A stretch of 64,000 nt of DNA, from the NCBI GenBank assembly GCA_963708025.1, contig CAVPSB010000016.1:128001-192000 (forward strand), in the 5' to 3' direction. This stretch comes from an uncultured Candidatus Rokubacteria bacterium (GTDB lineage Bacteria; Methylomirabilota; Methylomirabilia; Rokubacteriales; DASRDR01). The translations under genes and the position numbers were made by a program. Numbering within the stretch: position 1 is the stretch's first letter; the number at the start of each line of letters is the position of its first letter. The notes beneath the pieces were generated by a model. It was not told the origin of the DNA. It searched no databases and saw nothing but the letters and a program-made list of their open reading frames with translations. Shown in pieces: positions 62,915 through 64,000 of the stretch.

Positions 62915-63613
62915 ATGAGCAGTGTGATGATTCAGGTCGTGGACCTGGTGATGCGGCTCCCGAGCGGGAGCGGTCCCGTCACCATCCTCGACGGCGTGAC
63001 GCTGGCCGTCCCGGCCGGGCAGTTCGTCGCGGTGACGGGGCCGTCGGGCAGCGGCAAGTCCACGCTTCTCGGCCTCATCGCCGGGCTCGATCGCCCGACG
63101 GCCGGCTCGATCCGCGTGGACGGCCGCGATCTCGGCGATCTCGACGAGGACGCCCTCGCGCGGCTCCGGCGCGACCGGATCGGTTACGTGTTCCAGTCCT
63201 TCCACCTGATCCCCACGCTGACCGCGCTGGAGAACGTCGCGGTGCCCCTCGAGCTGGCGGGCGCCGCCGACCCCGCCGGCCAGGCCGCCGCCCGCCTCGG
63301 CGAGATGGGCCTCGGCGACCGCGCCCACCACTACCCCGCCCAGCTCTCGGGCGGGGAGCAGCAGCGGATCGCCCTCGCCCGCGCCGTCGCCAACCGGCCC
63401 GCCCTCCTCCTCGCCGACGAGCCGACCGGCAACCTCGACTCGGCCACCGGCGCCCGGATCATCGACCTCCTGGTGGCCTGGAACCGCCGCCACGGCGGCA
63501 CCCTCGTCCTGGTCACCCACGACCCGGCGCTCGCCCAGCACGCCGACCGCGTCGTCGAGCTGCGCGACGGGCGGATCGCCTCGGATCGCCTGAACGGCTC
63601 GGGACGCCATTGA
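62915..63613 (+). CDS. ybbA: ABC transporter ATP-binding protein (YbbA-like)
   Basis: GPSGSGKST, LSGGEQQR, ADEPTGNLD; divergent from tesA. Confidence 0.88.
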   Translation: MSSVMIQVVDLVMRLPSGSGPVTILDGVTLAVPAGQFVAVTGPSGSGKSTLLGLIAGLDRPTAGSIRVDGRDLGDLDEDALARLRRDRIGYVFQSFHLIPTLTALENVAVPLELAGAADPAGQAAARLGEMGLGDRAHHYPAQLSGGEQQRIALARAVANRPALLLADEPTGNLDSATGARIIDLLVAWNRRHGGTLVLVTHDPALAQHADRVVELRDGRIASDRLNGSGRH

Positions 63614-64000
63614 ACGCCTTCCCGCTGCGCATGGCGTGGCGCGAGACCCGCGCCGCCTGGCGGCACGTCGCCGTCCTGGTCGCGTGCATCGGCGTCGGCG
63701 TGGCCGCGCTGGTCGCGGTCGGCAGCTTCGCCGCCAGCCTCGACCGCACGCTCGGCCGCGAGGCGCGGGCGCTGCTGGGAGGCGACCTCGAGCTGCGCTC
63801 TGCCCGCCCGCTGGACGCCGAGGCCGAGGCGCTGCTGGAGCCGTGGCGCGGGCGGGGCGCCATGGTCAGCCACGTGCGCGAGCTGGCCGGCATGGCGCGC
63901 GACCCCGGGCGCGGGACCACGCTCCTGGTGGAGCTGAAGGCCGTCGAGGCCGTCTATCCCCTGTACGGCCGGCTCGAGACGGTGCCGGCGCGGCCCCTGG
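63610..64000 (+). CDS. ybbP: ABC transporter permease (YbbP-like), runs off the window
   Basis: MAWRETR...CIGVGVAALVAV...ARALLGGDL...LVELKAVEAVYPLYG. Confidence 0.85.
   Translation, partial: MNAFPLRMAWRETRAAWRHVAVLVACIGVGVAALVAVGSFAASLDRTLGREARALLGGDLELRSARPLDAEAEALLEPWRGRGAMVSHVRELAGMARDPGRGTTLLVELKAVEAVYPLYGRLETVPARPL

Overview
A very GC-rich bacterial window. The gene content is reminiscent of Candidatus Rokubacteria/Methylomirabilota, but that is only an inference. Many genes are frameshifted and there are several abrupt deletion-like junctions, which suggests long-read consensus errors or decay. Contents in order: a signalling cluster (class III cyclase-REC, REC, two histidine kinases, SCO, three Tat-exported NMT1/TauA-like binding proteins, a truncated sigma-54 activator); an FN3/Calx-beta/FG-GAP surface protein; metabolic genes; an ECF sigma/anti-sigma pair; a more AT-rich surface-glycan island (wzm, wzt, GT4-GT2-FkbM fusion); an aldehyde oxidoreductase (AOR) operon; more sensors and enzymes; hicBA; an S8 protease plus MBL hydrolase pair; and tesA-ybbA-ybbP. 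The strongest unannotated signals are: (1) a DCC1/DUF393 thiol-disulfide oxidoreductase whose CxxC motif is encoded as TGA-x-x-TGA and followed by a SECIS-like hairpin, i.e. a candidate double-selenocysteine (UxxU) protein; (2) a tightly linked, apparently cytoplasmic subtilase plus Avs1a-like MBL hydrolase cassette next to hicBA, flanked by a duplicated promoter-like sequence, i.e. a candidate defence system; (3) a modular family of ~85-120 bp intergenic repeats that supply Shine-Dalgarno sites, twice before ATA start codons, plus another repeat module inserted in-frame inside a gene; (4) three sigma-54 promoters, a degenerate c-di-GMP-I-like leader and an RGPP arrest-peptide candidate. All family assignments come from motif recognition by eye; no database searches were run.
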